Positions 61,761-64,000 of a stretch of DNA of 64,000 nt are shown piece after piece. Under the pieces are notes generated by a model. It searched no databases. It was given only the letters and a program-made list of their open reading frames with translations, and was not told the origin of the DNA. Where the stretch lies: contig JAPEUD010000050.1 of NCBI GenBank assembly GCA_026026165.1, forward strand, positions 62,001 to 126,000, read 5' to 3'. Origin of the DNA: Sarea resinae. Lineage: Eukaryota. How positions within the stretch are numbered: the stretch's first letter is position 1; the number at the start of each line of letters is the position of its first letter. Position numbers and translations under genes: made by a program.

Positions 61761-63327
61761 TCACGCCTCTACCTCTGCTGCCCTCTTCTCACTCTCGTCT
61801 GCAGCCTCGACGCCATGCCCGCCGGTGCCCGTGCCGGTATCAGTCTTCTCCTCGTCCCCTTCTTCAACGGCCCCGGCTCCAGCCTCGCTGCCCTCCTCGC
61901 TGACCTCGCCCCAGCCCGAGCTCCGGCGACTGATTCGCCCCGCTTGGCCGCCCGGTGTGCTGAGATCGCGTGGAGACGCTAATGGACTACTGCTCGCTAC
62001 CATGGGGGCCCCTGAAGCGGTCGTGGCAGAAACTGCAGCAGGAGCAGCCGCGGGCGTGGCACCACCACCAATAGACCCCGTGGTACTGTCATTCCTCCCA
62101 TGGCCCAGCAATCCGCTGCGCACGCTCACGGCGTCGCCCCCTCCTCCCCCTCCTGTTCCAGTCGCGCCCGCGGCCCCTGCCTTACCGGCGTAATAGCTAT
62201 TCCGCTCGGAGCTGAGCGCTGGCGCGGCGACCCCCGGAGACGAATACAAGGAAGCGCGCTCGGCGGAGACGACGCCGGCGACCGAGGGCCGCGGATATGC
62301 AGCCACGGCCGAGCTCGAGGTCTGGTCCCCGCCGCCGCTGAGAACGCTTAGAGGGAGACTCTCGCGGGAGCCGCCCCATAGAGAGGACGGCGCCAGGGCA
62401 CGCACCGAGGCGTCGGTGTCGAGGGAGTGGCGACGGCGGCGCTTCGACGACGAGGCGAGGGTGAGAATGCTGGCGTTGTCGGTCAGGAGGTTGTTGGCGG
62501 TGGCCGTCGTGTATGTCGTTGGCTGGCCTCCGGCGGCTTGTGGAGCAAGGTGGGCTGGAACGGCCGAGGCCGGTGGCGAGGTTGGGAATTGATGAGAAAA
62601 GTGCGGCGAGGATGCGCTTTGGGTGCTCTGGGTGTGCGAGTGCCCGCTCGCGTGGGGTTGCGTGGAGCTGGATGTCTGGTTGGTCGTCGTGCCCGGCAGA
62701 AGCGCCGAAGGGGCAGTAGATTGGATCGTTGTGAGCGTGGTGGTCAGGGAGCGCACGGATGGTGCGGGCGATGAGAACGTGCTTCCTCCGCCGCCGCCGT
62801 TGGAGCTCAGCGCCCCGCCTAGGGTGGCATTGGTGCCTGCTTTGGAGTATGCGGCCTCGGAGTGAACCGTGTCTGGGTTGGTGGAGAGAGTGGGAGCGGC
62901 GGATTTGTTGCTTGACTGGCCCATCTCGCCCTCGTTGGACGAGTAGAGGGCAGAGGGTGGGTTATCTCCAAAGGACGAGACGCTGCCTGTTGGTTGCGTG
63001 AGTGGCGTAGAAAAGGAGAGATGTCCGTTTGCGCTTGCGGCATTAGAGCCATTGGGTTGGCCGGACGCTGGGTACGGGTTATTTTTGCTCGAGGATTGTT
63101 TCTTCGATTTGGAGGTGCCATGGCCGTGTCGCTTGGAGGACCCATTGGCGTTGGATTCCGAGGATGAGCTCTTCAGGTTCGCGAGTCGCTTCATCCAAGC
63201 CGCGAATGGACGTTTGCGCGAGTGACGGTCTACCAAGCTAGATGTCAGCCTGATGATCGTAACATCCGATAAAGGGCGAGTTACGGAACATACCCTCAGG
63301 CCGTGAGGCAGTCTCGGCCGTCGCCAT
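61761..63327 (-). CDS. Conserved-looking Ser/Gly/Ala-rich fungal hypothetical protein
   Basis: Exon 1 63327-63294 (MATAETASRPE), intron 63293..63230 (GTATGT...GCTGAC...TAG), then RKRPFAAWMKRLANLK and LTDNASILTLASSSKRRRR-SLDT-ASVRALAPSS blocks that I recognise from Pezizomycotina hypotheticals. Confidence 0.82.
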
Positions 63328-63523
63328 TGCGAACGGATGATCAATGAAGGGCTCACGACGACTCCACAGTCGTTGGACGTCCCCGAGAAATGGCCTCGTA
63401 TGAATGATCCGAGCTGGTGATGTCGAGTACAGTAGACGGAGAGACGGTCAAGAGTTGTTGTCGCGAGGGAAGAGTTGGCGCAGGAGATTGCAGGGCCGCA
63501 ACACGACAACACGACACGTAGGG

Positions 63524-63567
63524 GGTGACGGGTGACGGGTGACGGGTGACGGGCGACGGGTGACGGT
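63524..63567. repeat. (GGTGACG)n heptamer tandem repeat
   Basis: About six near-perfect copies visible. Confidence 0.85.
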
Positions 63568-64000
63568 GGACGGGGTCGTCAGCTATGACATATGTATGCA
63601 GGTAAGGTGGCTCAGGTACTTCGTACCGCGGTGCGCCAGGAAGATGCCGTCGTCAGTCAACAATCCAAGAGATCGAGGTTGTCAATATGGTAGGCATGAA
63701 GGGGAGAACGAGCGAAGGAAGAGGAAGAGGAAGAGGAAAAGGAAGATGGAATTGAGATTGAGATTGATCTTGCAAGAATGAAGCCGAAGAGGGACCAGAG
63801 GTGTCGAGGTCGGTCTGAGGCTGAGCGAGTGAATTGCCGATTGGGCGGACAGACTACGGACAGCCTGATGGTGCTGAGGTGCGTACGAGTACGAGTTACT
63901 GTAGATACCAAGGAGACCGACTGCCGTAGCCAGCCCGAGTGCATCGAGAACCGCGACCGGTGGATTGCTCTCGATCTTATGATGACAGAAGACAATCGGC

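Overview
Gene-dense genomic DNA from a filamentous ascomycete (Pezizomycotina-type): short GT-AG introns with CTRAY branch sites, and no tRNA, rRNA, CRISPR or intact transposon that I can see. I can support about 17 protein genes: a small Cys-rich protein, a multi-exon hypothetical, SEC11, TatD DNase, an orphan ORF, COX18/OXA1-family, ALG11, CRZ1, CHL4/CENP-N, ATX1, RQC1, PTC5-type PP2C, an NmrA-like reductase, palA/RIM20, a SAK1/Ssp1-type kinase, a kelch-like membrane protein, an alpha/beta hydrolase, a PTH11-like GPCR and a Ser/Gly-rich conserved hypothetical. Several long convergent 3'-3' gaps are saturated with microsatellites. The most unusual unexplained structure is in the gene-free interval 41.5-49.3 kb. 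It is a minus-strand array of strictly alternating box C (RTGATGA) and box D (CTGA) motifs built from two alternating repeats with variable spacers (45659-46000). It lies downstream of a promoter-like block carrying three perfect 12-mers at exact 20-bp spacing. Product calls rest on motif recognition from memory; no database search was run.
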